63,634 nucleotides of DNA, from assembly GCA_002450895.1 (NCBI GenBank), contig DKAR01000036.1:236-63869 (forward strand), given 5' to 3'. This document shows positions 28,837 to 37,100 of this stretch, in pieces (position 1 is the stretch's first letter; every line of letters begins with the position of its first letter). This DNA comes from Proteobacteria bacterium UBA6921 (GTDB lineage Bacteria; Pseudomonadota; Gammaproteobacteria; SG8-11). The position numbers and the translations under genes were made by a program. The notes beneath the pieces are model-generated. The model saw only the letters and a program-made list of their open reading frames with translations. It ran no database searches and was not told where the DNA came from.

Positions 28837-29376
28837 GTGGTGCGCAGTCCTTACTCAACCGGTCGCGAAGTCGCGTCGTTCGTCCTGATATTCGCAGGAT
28901 GTTTCGTCGCGATGCAGCTCACGTACACACTGGCACGCGAGTATGACGTCGTCGAGCGCGCGGTGGTTGATATTGCGACCGTGTTGCCGAGTGCCCACAT
29001 CATTTCCGCGCTTACGCCTGACGAGCAGGTGCGTGCTGAAGGCGCGCGACTGATTTCTCCCAACGTGCGCCTGTCCGTGCTCAACGGATGTGAAGGCACC
29101 GAGTGCCTGCTGTTGTTGTTCGCAGCAATCATTGCGCATCGCGCCGCCGCTCGCGACAAGGCAGCGGCTCTCGCGGCGGGATTTCTGCTCGTGTATGGCA
29201 TCAATCAGATGCGCATCGTCACGCTGTTCTATGTGGTCCGTTATCGACACGACTGGTTTCCGATATTGCATGGATATATCGCGCCGCTGTTCGTCACGGG
29301 TGTCGCCGCGGTATTTTTCTACGTCTGGGTTGCCTGGGTCGCGCGACGGTCTTCGTTTTCACGGAATGTGTCATGA
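28837..29376 (+). CDS. Short exosortase/archaeosortase-family protein (XrtH-like size class)
   Basis: 179 aa with about 5 TM segments. The family catalytic landmarks appear in order: Cys in VLNGCEGTECLLLLFAAII, Arg in YGINQMRIVTLFYV and His in PILHGYIAPLF. The gene starts 19 nt after the TpsA stop. Confidence 0.55.
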   Translation: MVRSPYSTGREVASFVLIFAGCFVAMQLTYTLAREYDVVERAVVDIATVLPSAHIISALTPDEQVRAEGARLISPNVRLSVLNGCEGTECLLLLFAAIIAHRAAARDKAAALAAGFLLVYGINQMRIVTLFYVVRYRHDWFPILHGYIAPLFVTGVAAVFFYVWVAWVARRSSFSRNVS

Positions 29377-30032
29377 AGCCGGTGCTGATCCGGGGAATCT
29401 GCGCGCTGGTTGTGCTGTTGTCCGCGGGGTATTGGTCGGCCGGAACTGTGGCGGCGCATCTGCTTCCATTGATGCAGTTTTCCATTCACCTGCTATTGCC
29501 GGATTTTGACGTTGTCCATCTTGGCGTCGAGCAGCCTGCGGGAGAAGCGTTCGTTGTTTTGACGGTTGAAAACGTGCGCCCGCTCTTTGTTGGTCGTTTC
29601 ATGCCGGCCGGAAATCTGTTTGATAGCTCTACGCTCGCCGCCCACGTCATGCTGCCGGCGATTGTGTGTTTCACCCTGTTAGTCACATGGCCAGTCAAAA
29701 CCGCAAGCATCTTGATGGCGCGATTGCTCTGTGGTTTGGCTGTATTGATTCTGGAGATTCCACTGGATGTTCCCGTGGTGTTGTCCGGAGCGATTGTCGA
29801 TTTTTTGACCGCGGCAAATCCCTACGCGAGCGGCGCCCCGCCCGCGGTGGTATTGGCGATGAACGTCCTCAATGGCGGTGGTCGCCTGCTGTTGGGTGTT
29901 GTGGCGGCGGCGAGCGCTGTCGTGCTGGTCCATGGGGACTCCTCGCCTGTCGCGAAAGATTCATCAAATCTTCACGAATCTTTTAAGAAAACACGCCATA
30001 GTCCGGATCGCAGTCGCCCTTCGCAGGGATAA
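29373..30032 (+). CDS. Polytopic membrane protein coupled to the exosortase-like gene (possible exosortase-associated partner)
   Basis: ATG 29373 overlaps the upstream TGA (ATGA). The product is 219 aa with 4-5 hydrophobic helices and begins MKPVLIRGICALVVLLSAGYW. The track ORF start at 29103 is over-extended into the upstream gene. Confidence 0.45.
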   Translation: MKPVLIRGICALVVLLSAGYWSAGTVAAHLLPLMQFSIHLLLPDFDVVHLGVEQPAGEAFVVLTVENVRPLFVGRFMPAGNLFDSSTLAAHVMLPAIVCFTLLVTWPVKTASILMARLLCGLAVLILEIPLDVPVVLSGAIVDFLTAANPYASGAPPAVVLAMNVLNGGGRLLLGVVAAASAVVLVHGDSSPVAKDSSNLHESFKKTRHSPDRSRPSQG

Positions 30033-30277
30033 ACGGCGGCCGCATGCGAGCGGGATGCTCGCTCCATATGCCTAAGGCACTGTTGGCTGTACCTCCCATA
30101 AGAAAGCGCGGGCGGCGTGAGCGCGCCGCCCGCCGAATAACACCTTCCCGGGCCCTCCCGTCGCTGTCACGGAACTGCAATACGTCCCGCCGATAATTCG
30201 TCCGCGCCGCGCGTTACAACCCGATGCGATGTTCCGCGGACGTTGCAGGCTGGCCCGAATCAACCAAGGACACTTTC

Positions 30278-32092
30278 ATGGCAAAACGACTCGCCGCGAC
30301 ACTCTTCCTGTTTTGCCTGGTTCCCTCGCTGGCACAGGCCTGGTGGAATGACAGCTGGGATTTTCGAAAACAGATCAGTATCGATACCAGTGTGACCGGC
30401 GCCGACATCAAGGGCGCGGTCAGCAATGTTCCGGTGCTCGTGCGCCTGCATACCGGAAACTTTCCGTATTTCAAGGACGCAAAGCCCGACGGTTCCGACC
30501 TGCGTTTTGTCGCCGGCGATGACAAAACGCCTTTGAAGTTTCATGTTGAAAGCTATGACTCGGTCAATGAGATCGCATTGATCTGGGTCAAGGTGCCCGG
30601 CGTACAGGGTAACAGCACCAGCGAAAAATTCTGGATGTACTACGGAAACGCGGATGCGCCGGCGGCGCCTGATGCCGGTGGCACCTGGGATACCCAACAA
30701 GCGCTGGCGCTTCATTTCGATGCGGACGCGGGTGCGCCGCAGGATCGCACCGCGTACGGCAATCACCCCGCCAGTTCGACGGCCGTGCGCAATCCCAATT
30801 CGCTCATCGGCGGCGGTGTGCGTTTCAGCGGCAGCGAGTCGATTGCCATCAATCCGTCGCCTTCGCTGTTGATGAAACCGGAATCGGGCTGGACTTTCGC
30901 GGCATGGATCAAGCCCCAGGGACCGCAACAGGAAACTGCCTTGCTGTACAGCCGCGACGGCAATGCCTCGCTGATGTTCGGAATCAAGGACGCGCGTCTG
31001 TTCGCACGCTATCGCAACGCGGACGGAAAGGTCGCAGAGATTCCGGCGGATGGAACGCTGAATCTCGGAACCTGGACCCACGTCGCGATGACGCTGGGCG
31101 CGGGACGCATTGCCATCTTCATTAATGGAAACGAAACAGCGTCGGCGAACGCGGTCCTTACCGAGAAGGGCGGCAAAATTATTATCGGCGCCAGCGAAGG
31201 CGCCAACTTCTTCATCGGCGAAATGGATGAAGTGGAAATTTCGAATATTGCGCGCAGCGCGGACTGGATCAAGCTCGCCGCGCGGGGTCAGGGTGCGGAA
31301 GGCACGCTGCTGCATTACGCGGAAGACGAGCAGAACAAGGGCGGTGGCGGAACGTCGTACTTCTCGGTCATTCTCCAGAACGTCACGATCGACGGTTGGG
31401 TGGTGATCGTTCTGCTGGCCGTCATGGCGGTCATAAGCTGGGTGGTGATGTTCGGCAAGGGCGTCGTGATCAATCGCGTGCGCCGCGACAATCGCGCGTT
31501 CCTGGATCAGTTCAAGAAGCTCGGCGCGCGTGATCCAGATGCGCTGGATGCAAAAGACTCCGAGGACGACAAGGAACTCGCCGGATCTCCGCTTTCGCAG
31601 GCGCTGTTTGGAAAGCATGATCATTTCCAGAGCTCGGCGCTCTATCACATCTATCACACTGGCATTCAGGAACTGCACTATCGCGTTGGCAAGGCGGTCG
31701 GAGCGCAGGCCGCCGGACTGTCACATCAGGCCGTGGATGCAATCCGTGCGTCGCTGGATGCCGCGGTCGTGCGTGAAACACAGAAGCTGAACAGCCAGAT
31801 GGTGTTGCTCACGATCGCCATTTCCGGGGGGCCGTTTCTCGGACTGTTGGGCACGGTCGTGGGCGTCATGATCACGTTCGCCGCGATTGCGGCCAGCGGT
31901 GACGTCAACATCAATGCCATCGCGCCAGGCATCGCGGCAGCTCTCGTTGCCACGGTCGCCGGACTCGCCGTCGCGATTCCTGCACTGTTTGGTTACAACT
32001 ACCTGTTGTCGCGGGTCAAGGAATGCGTCGCCGACATGCAGGTGTTCGTGGATGAGTTCGTAACGAAACTGGCGGAACACTACGGGCGCTAA
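30278..32092 (+). CDS. exbB: Fusion protein: signal peptide, DUF2341-like and LamG/concanavalin-like domains, then a C-terminal MotA/TolQ/ExbB proton-channel domain
   Basis: Signal peptide MAKRLAATLFLFCLVPSLAQA. The DUF2341-like N-terminus reads WWNDSWDFRKQISID...VPVLVRLH...GSDLRFV...LKFHVESYD. The LamG-like segment reads WTFAAWIKPQG...LFGIKD...WTHVAMT...IFINGNE. The ExbB core reads LLTIAISGGPFLGLLGTVVGVMITFAAIA...IAPGIAAALVATVAGLAVAIPALFGYNYL. Confidence 0.8.
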   Translation: MAKRLAATLFLFCLVPSLAQAWWNDSWDFRKQISIDTSVTGADIKGAVSNVPVLVRLHTGNFPYFKDAKPDGSDLRFVAGDDKTPLKFHVESYDSVNEIALIWVKVPGVQGNSTSEKFWMYYGNADAPAAPDAGGTWDTQQALALHFDADAGAPQDRTAYGNHPASSTAVRNPNSLIGGGVRFSGSESIAINPSPSLLMKPESGWTFAAWIKPQGPQQETALLYSRDGNASLMFGIKDARLFARYRNADGKVAEIPADGTLNLGTWTHVAMTLGAGRIAIFINGNETASANAVLTEKGGKIIIGASEGANFFIGEMDEVEISNIARSADWIKLAARGQGAEGTLLHYAEDEQNKGGGGTSYFSVILQNVTIDGWVVIVLLAVMAVISWVVMFGKGVVINRVRRDNRAFLDQFKKLGARDPDALDAKDSEDDKELAGSPLSQALFGKHDHFQSSALYHIYHTGIQELHYRVGKAVGAQAAGLSHQAVDAIRASLDAAVVRETQKLNSQMVLLTIAISGGPFLGLLGTVVGVMITFAAIAASGDVNINAIAPGIAAALVATVAGLAVAIPALFGYNYLLSRVKECVADMQVFVDEFVTKLAEHYGR

Positions 32093-32134
32093 CGCGCTCG
32101 CCTGACTCCCGTCAACGCATATCAGGACCCGACA

Positions 32135-32539
32135 ATGCGCGCGCAAACCGAAGCCAATCTTTACGACGACATCAACATCACGCCGATGCTGGATCTGGCG
32201 TATGTGTTGTTGGTGATCTTCATCATCATGACGACTGCCACCGTGCAGGGAATCAAAGTCAATCTGCCGAAGGCCAGCGCGACGCCGAGCCTGCACAAGC
32301 CGCAGACCAAGGCGATCACCATTTCTCAGGACGGAACCATCTTTCTCGATACATACCCGGTGACGCTGAACGAGCTTGAGGCGCGACTGCAGAGTTACAA
32401 GGCGGTGAACCCGGATCTACCGGTCATTGTGAAAGGCGACGCGTCGATTCAATACCAGCGCGTTATCGAAGTCCTGGATTTGCTCGGTCGCCTGGAGATC
32501 ACGCAGCTCGGACTCGTGACCCAGCGCGTTGTTAAATAG
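32135..32539 (+). CDS. exbD: Biopolymer transport protein ExbD/TolR
   Basis: 134 aa. N-terminal TM motif INITPMLDLAYVLLVIFIIM and a periplasmic domain with ...ITISQDGTIFLD...VIVKGDASIQYQRVIEVLDLL. Confidence 0.85.
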   Translation: MRAQTEANLYDDINITPMLDLAYVLLVIFIIMTTATVQGIKVNLPKASATPSLHKPQTKAITISQDGTIFLDTYPVTLNELEARLQSYKAVNPDLPVIVKGDASIQYQRVIEVLDLLGRLEITQLGLVTQRVVK

Positions 32540-32559
32540 TTGATGATCGGCCGCGTCTC

Positions 32560-33219
32560 ATGACCACGCGCGCGCATTACAAAAAATACCTGCCCCAAAT
32601 AGCAGGCGGGACACTGGTCGTTGCGGTGCTTGCCGGTCTGATTGCGTTCATCCAGCACATGCTGAATTCATCGACACCGATCGGTAAAAAAGCCGTTCAA
32701 CAAATCACGCTGCTGCAGCCGCCACCGCCGCCGCCACCCCCGCCGAAAGTTGAGGAACCGCCGCCGGAGCCTGAAGTCGTCGAAGACAAAACGCCCGATC
32801 CAGATCCACAACAGACAGACAACACGGCGGATGACGTCCCGCCGGGCACGGATCTTGGTCTCGACGCTGACGGAGGTGCCGGCGGCGATCTGTTCGGTCT
32901 GGTCGGGCGCAAGGGCGGTCGTGATCTGATCGGCAGCCGCGGCAGCATGGAGGCGTGGTATGCGAACGTCATCAAGTCTGACGTGCAGGATCTTCTTTAC
33001 GAAGATCCCGCCGTGCGCAAAAAACGTTACGCCGTCGATGTGCGTTTCTGGATCGATCCGGAAGGACACGTAAAACGTTTTGAGTTGCTGCGAACGAGCG
33101 GCGACCGCGATATGGATGGCGCGCTGAAAACCGCGCTGCGAAATTTTTCCAAGGTGCGTGAACGTCCGCCGGAGGAATTGCCACGTTCCTTCACGATCCG
33201 CATCACATCACGTCTTTAG
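32560..33219 (+). CDS. tonB: TonB-family energy transducer
   Basis: N-terminal TM anchor (GGTLVVAVLAGLIAFI), a proline-rich spacer (PPPPPPPPPPKVEEPPPEPE) and a TonB-C-like domain (YAVDVRFWIDPEGHVKRFELLRTSGDRDMDGALKTAL). Confidence 0.7.
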   Translation: MTTRAHYKKYLPQIAGGTLVVAVLAGLIAFIQHMLNSSTPIGKKAVQQITLLQPPPPPPPPPKVEEPPPEPEVVEDKTPDPDPQQTDNTADDVPPGTDLGLDADGGAGGDLFGLVGRKGGRDLIGSRGSMEAWYANVIKSDVQDLLYEDPAVRKKRYAVDVRFWIDPEGHVKRFELLRTSGDRDMDGALKTALRNFSKVRERPPEELPRSFTIRITSRL

Positions 33220-33228
33220 GAATTCGCC

Positions 33229-35037
33229 GTGCAGGCACGATTTCTGGAAACACAAAAAAAGGAACGACTTGTGATTTCAAAAGGGCATACAACGAAAATA
33301 ATACTGGCCGCATTTTGTATGGGGTCGTGGTCGCTGCTCTCGAGTGCCGCAGAAATCACCACGCCGCCGCCTGCGCCCGAACCGGGCGTGACGCCGGAAC
33401 AACCCAAGCCGGAGGCGTCGCCCGCCGACCAAGCCATGCCCGATGTTTCGCCGGAAACCCAGCGCGAGGCGGAGTCACTGGTGAATGCGGTGAAAAAACG
33501 CGTTGCGAACGAAAACCAGCAGGCGCCGCTGCCGCCGGCGGAAACCAATGCGATCCGCGTGACGCATGTTCCGGAAACCATCAAGAACGAGATTCGCGAA
33601 CAGGTCAAAGCGGAGTTGCACGATCAGATCGTGCAGGATGTCTTCACGCAGGCGCGCAATGAACAGTGGGGTTTGCCGCAGGCGCTGCCATCGTGGGTGA
33701 ACAAGTTTTCGCTGAAGGGTGATATGCGCCTGCGCGAGCAGGGGGACTATTTCGACAGCGGGAACATCGGTTGCAACATCAGCGACGGGTATGTTGACTT
33801 TAATGTCGTAAACGCCAAGGGTGGCGTCGGTAAAGCCGGCCTGGATCGCTGTATCAACACAACAGAAGATCGCCAGCGTCTGCGCACCCGTGCCCGGCTC
33901 GGGGCGGATGCAAAAGTGAACGACACGTTGAAAGCGGTGCTGCGAATAAGCACCGGCAACACACGCGATCCGGTATCCACCAATCAGACGCTTGGCAATT
34001 ATGGTGGCCGGTACGGTGTGGTGTGGGATGAAGCCTATTTGCGCTACGACGGTATGGACCTGGATCGCTTTCCCTGGCTGACGCTCTATGGCGGGCGCAT
34101 GGCGAATCCCTGGCTGTCGACTGATCTCGTTTGGGACAACGACCTGGCGTTCGAAGGCCTTGCCGGGACGATGCGCTTCAATTTGCGCGGGTCGGGAAAT
34201 TTGCTCGACATGAATGAACGGGACCGAATTCTGTTCCTCACTGTCGGTGCATTCCCGTTGCAGGAAGTCGAGCTATCAAAACGGGACAAGTGGCTTTATG
34301 GCGTTCAGCTGGGGACGGATTTGATCTTTCTTAACCAGTCTACGCTGCGAATTGGTCTCGCGTACTACCACTACGAAAACATTACCGGAGTGCGCAATTC
34401 ACTCGATTCCGTGGACTATGACTTTACCGCACCGGGGTATGTGCAAAAAGGCAATGGCCTGTTCGATATCCGCAACGACGACTCAACGTCGGATCCTCTG
34501 GGGAATTCGGATTATTGGGCGCTGGCCGCGGACTACAAACTTGCGGACCTCACCATTCAGTACGACAGTCTCGCACTCGCGCCACATCACATTGTTACAA
34601 CGATCGACGTGGTCAAGAACATCGGGTATGACAAGGGTGAAATCTGGAAGCGCACCAACGGCAATGGCGTGCAGTATGCCGGCGGATTTGCGACCAATGT
34701 GGGCGCGAGCGATTCCGAAAAAGCCGCCGCGTCCGTCAAGGAACGCTCGCTCGGATATCAGGTGATGCTCAGCTATGGATGGCCGATTGTCGCGGAGCGC
34801 TATACGTGGCGGGTGCACGGTGAATATCGTTACCTGCAACGCGACGCGGTGCTGGATGCGTTTACCGATTCAGACTTTCATCTGGGCGGCACGGATGCCA
34901 AGGGGTGGATCATCGGCGGCGACTACGCCATCGACGAGAACACTGTATTGTCATTCCGATATTTGACTTCCGATTCGATCGACGCCGCGCCGTTGTCGAT
35001 CGATTCCGTTCAGCTGGATCTTTCCGCCAAATTCTGA
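33229..35037 (+). CDS. Outer-membrane beta-barrel (putative porin family) with a Pro-rich, helical N-terminal extension
   Basis: Signal peptide ...SWSLLSSAAE, then a PAPEPGVTPEQPKPE linker. Alternating beta-strand sequence follows (FSLKGDMRLREQGDY..., LRTRARLGADAKVN, VLRISTGN, GYQVMLSYGW, WRVHGEYRYLQRD). The C-terminal residue is aromatic (...LDLSAKF). The exact start is uncertain (GTG 33229). Confidence 0.5.
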   Translation: MQARFLETQKKERLVISKGHTTKIILAAFCMGSWSLLSSAAEITTPPPAPEPGVTPEQPKPEASPADQAMPDVSPETQREAESLVNAVKKRVANENQQAPLPPAETNAIRVTHVPETIKNEIREQVKAELHDQIVQDVFTQARNEQWGLPQALPSWVNKFSLKGDMRLREQGDYFDSGNIGCNISDGYVDFNVVNAKGGVGKAGLDRCINTTEDRQRLRTRARLGADAKVNDTLKAVLRISTGNTRDPVSTNQTLGNYGGRYGVVWDEAYLRYDGMDLDRFPWLTLYGGRMANPWLSTDLVWDNDLAFEGLAGTMRFNLRGSGNLLDMNERDRILFLTVGAFPLQEVELSKRDKWLYGVQLGTDLIFLNQSTLRIGLAYYHYENITGVRNSLDSVDYDFTAPGYVQKGNGLFDIRNDDSTSDPLGNSDYWALAADYKLADLTIQYDSLALAPHHIVTTIDVVKNIGYDKGEIWKRTNGNGVQYAGGFATNVGASDSEKAAASVKERSLGYQVMLSYGWPIVAERYTWRVHGEYRYLQRDAVLDAFTDSDFHLGGTDAKGWIIGGDYAIDENTVLSFRYLTSDSIDAAPLSIDSVQLDLSAKF

Positions 35038-35048
35038 GGAGGCCCGTT

Positions 35049-35717
35049 ATGCAAACTCAACTTGTCTATCTTGCCGCTGCTTTGATCATGCTGGTATCCA
35101 CGGCCGGAAACGCCGAGACAGCGCGTCGCGAATCGGGTGGCGCCGATAGCGCCGCATTGCTTCGTGCACAAGGGCAGGTACGCGAAATGGCGGCGCAGCG
35201 CGACGCCCTCGCCGCCGAGAATGAAAAGCTCAAGGATGAAATGAAGAAGAAGTTGGAGGAAAAAGACGCAAAGATTGCATCGATGAACAAACGAATGGAT
35301 GCAATGCAAAACAGTTCAGAGCGATCGGACGCCGTCGCTGAAAAAACACGGGAAGTGAATCAGGCCATGCGCGACCGGATCCTCGAAACCCAGGAAAAGA
35401 TGCAGAAGCTGGTGGACAAATACAAGGAATTGGTTGCCGCGCTGCGGGTAATTGAAGACGAGCGTACGAACCTGCAAAAGACGGTTGCGCAAAAGAACTC
35501 CGAAATCGACAGCTGCGCCAACAACAACGTGACGCTCTACAACACCAGCCTGGAACTGATCGACCGTTACGAAAACAAGGGCGTATGGGATGCGATGCTG
35601 GAGAAGGAGCCGGTGACCCAGCTCAAGCGCGTTGCAATGGAAAACGCCGTACAGGATTACCGAAACCGCGTTGAATCAGCAAAGGTTGAAGTTCCGGACA
35701 GTCGCCTTTCCAACTGA
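35049..35717 (+). CDS. Secreted coiled-coil protein
   Basis: ATG 35049 with signal peptide LAAALIMLVSTAGNAE, then about 150 residues of heptad-like, charged sequence (AAENEKLKDEMKKKLEEKDAKIASMNKRMDAMQ...). It starts 11 nt after the porin stop. The track ORF start at 34905 is over-extended. Confidence 0.55.
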   Translation: MQTQLVYLAAALIMLVSTAGNAETARRESGGADSAALLRAQGQVREMAAQRDALAAENEKLKDEMKKKLEEKDAKIASMNKRMDAMQNSSERSDAVAEKTREVNQAMRDRILETQEKMQKLVDKYKELVAALRVIEDERTNLQKTVAQKNSEIDSCANNNVTLYNTSLELIDRYENKGVWDAMLEKEPVTQLKRVAMENAVQDYRNRVESAKVEVPDSRLSN

Positions 35718-36152
35718 CCGCTCTCGAAATGCGAGTGTGGGATATTTAAAGGTCGCCGGACCACCTGTCGGCAAGAAATGCGTCGGATGCTATTGGCATC
35801 GTAGGTGCCGATGTGATCGGACCGTATTACGTTGCTCAATGCATTTCGAAATGCCCTCGTAGTTCAAATGCAGGACCCCTCCCGGGTTTGGTCACACTTG
35901 ATTCAAAGAAGCGTCATTGACACCCCGTAAAACATCGCGTGCCGGGTGGGACGAGAATGCGCCGATCCAACCTCGCGCGATAGTCGCAAAACCGTTCGCG
36001 CGCACAAGTTTCCACCGGCAGGTCTTTTGCGCCGCACGATTCTGCAGATCGGGCGCTGCGATGGGCGAAGGAGTGTGGGCGATGATGTTTGTGGTGCCCT
36101 GCAAGGCACCACGTCGCATGTGCGGACGCAGGGTAAACATGGAGAAGGCACT

Positions 36153-36842
36153 ATGCTCCGAAAAAAAATCATCCCGGTCTTGTTGTGCGCAGGAATGGGT
36201 CCAGTCGGCGTTGCTCAAGCAACGGCGGTGTCGTATTACATGGATCAATCCAATGTTGCCAACGCGCCCGCGATCGCTGACGGCACCGCGAATTTTCTGC
36301 AGGTGACGATCGACGACGAAGGTGCAGCCGGTTACATCAATTTCACCGTCAGTGTGCTTCCTGCGCTGGGCAGTCTGGCAGGCAGCAATTTTGGTATTGA
36401 AAAGTTTTCGTTCAACGTGACCAGTGCAGGCGTGTTACCGTCGGATTCGGGCTGTACGCCCGGGCCGTCGTGTACCGACTGGTTGCTGCCCGCCGGGTGG
36501 TCGGCAAATACGCCGCCGCCACCCAACCAGAACGATGGTTTCGGAAAATTCGACGTTGAAGTTTCCGATGGTGGCACGGCGCGGCAAACGACGTTGCAGT
36601 TTTCGTTTGCCTCGACGAACACGTTGGCGATGTTGCTGGATCCGTCGGCAAATCCCGCCGCTGAAGGCAATGCGTATTTTGCCGCTCATGTCGCAGGATT
36701 CAGCACGACAGACACGTCGAACAACATTGTGACGAGTGCTTATTTCGGAGCTACCGACTTGTTGTCGGTTCCCGTTCCGGCACCGTTGCTGTTGCTGGGT
36801 TCGGCGTTGTTGTCGCTGATTCGGTTCCGTAAAAAACAATAG
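36153..36842 (+). CDS. Small secreted protein with a PEP-CTERM-like (VPxP) C-terminal sorting tail
   Basis: ATG 36153 with signal peptide MLRKKIIPVLLCAGMGPVGVAQA. The C-terminus is LLSVPVPAPLLLLGSALLSLIRFRKKQ. The track ORF start at 35946 is over-extended. Confidence 0.65.
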   Translation: MLRKKIIPVLLCAGMGPVGVAQATAVSYYMDQSNVANAPAIADGTANFLQVTIDDEGAAGYINFTVSVLPALGSLAGSNFGIEKFSFNVTSAGVLPSDSGCTPGPSCTDWLLPAGWSANTPPPPNQNDGFGKFDVEVSDGGTARQTTLQFSFASTNTLAMLLDPSANPAAEGNAYFAAHVAGFSTTDTSNNIVTSAYFGATDLLSVPVPAPLLLLGSALLSLIRFRKKQ

Positions 36843-36959
36843 TGACGCTGTTGGTGATTCGCGGTCGGGTGGAAACGCCTAGGCCGCGCCTTCTTTTCGC
36901 GCAATCCCGCCGAACTTTTCCAGAGATAGTGAAAAGTCCTATTCGAACCGGACTTCGCG

Positions 36960-36999
36960 GTGTCACATCGCTGTCTCTTCTGTTTCATGAATCCGTCAT
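36960..36999 (+). promoter_or_regulatory. Two tandem Pho boxes upstream of the PhoX-like gene
   Basis: GTGTCAC-ATCG-CTGTCTC-TTCT-GTTTCAT-GAAT-CCGTCAT, four heptamers at exact 11-bp spacing. The array ends about 100 nt upstream of ATG 37101. Confidence 0.65.
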
Positions 37000-37100
37000 C
37001 GCCACGTACTAGCTTCGCACTGCTCGAATGATTGAGCAGAAAGAAGACGGAAACAACTTTGGGAAATCATCCCTAACACAACATAACCAGGAGATTTCAA

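Noticed and set aside
18388-30032. Contact-dependent inhibition (CdiA toxin with CdiI immunity) interpretation of the giant TpsA and the two small downstream ORFs.
   Set aside because: I saw no VENN-type pretoxin boundary and no divergent toxin tip in the TpsA C-terminus, which instead ends in a conserved repeat region and a charged tail. The downstream ORFs are polytopic membrane proteins, one with exosortase landmarks, and do not look like small cytosolic immunity proteins.
30260-31678. 472-aa ORF antisense to the exbB fusion. Similar long antisense ORFs occur elsewhere: 45351-46382 (343 aa), 43789-44649 (286 aa), 23962-24843 (293 aa), 27187-28038 (283 aa), 37653-38435 (260 aa), 49366-50145 (259 aa), 58881-59684 (267 aa), 52618-53328 (236 aa) and 62807-63487 (226 aa).
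   Set aside because: All lie opposite ORFs with clear family motifs. Their translations are Arg/Gly/Ala/His-rich with no recognisable domains, as expected for stop-poor shadow frames in GC-rich coding DNA.
35794-35808. Sigma-54-like element TGGCAT-N5-GTGC, with correct GG/GC spacing, upstream of the second VPxP gene. PEP-CTERM genes are often sigma-54/PrsR dependent.
   Set aside because: It lies about 345 nt from the start codon. I found no comparable element upstream of the other two tail-bearing genes, and a single GG-N10-GC match is expected by chance.
36153-36175. A8 homopolymer 10 nt into the second VPxP gene as a slipped-strand phase-variation switch.
   Set aside because: The run simply encodes the Lys-Lys of the signal-peptide n-region (MLRKKII). 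Eight adenines is short for efficient slippage, and nothing similar occurs in the paralogous genes.
36936-36957. tRNA-like T-arm hairpin AAGTCC-tattcgaacc-GGACTT.
   Set aside because: The loop is 10 nt rather than 7. No acceptor, D or anticodon arms can be built around it.
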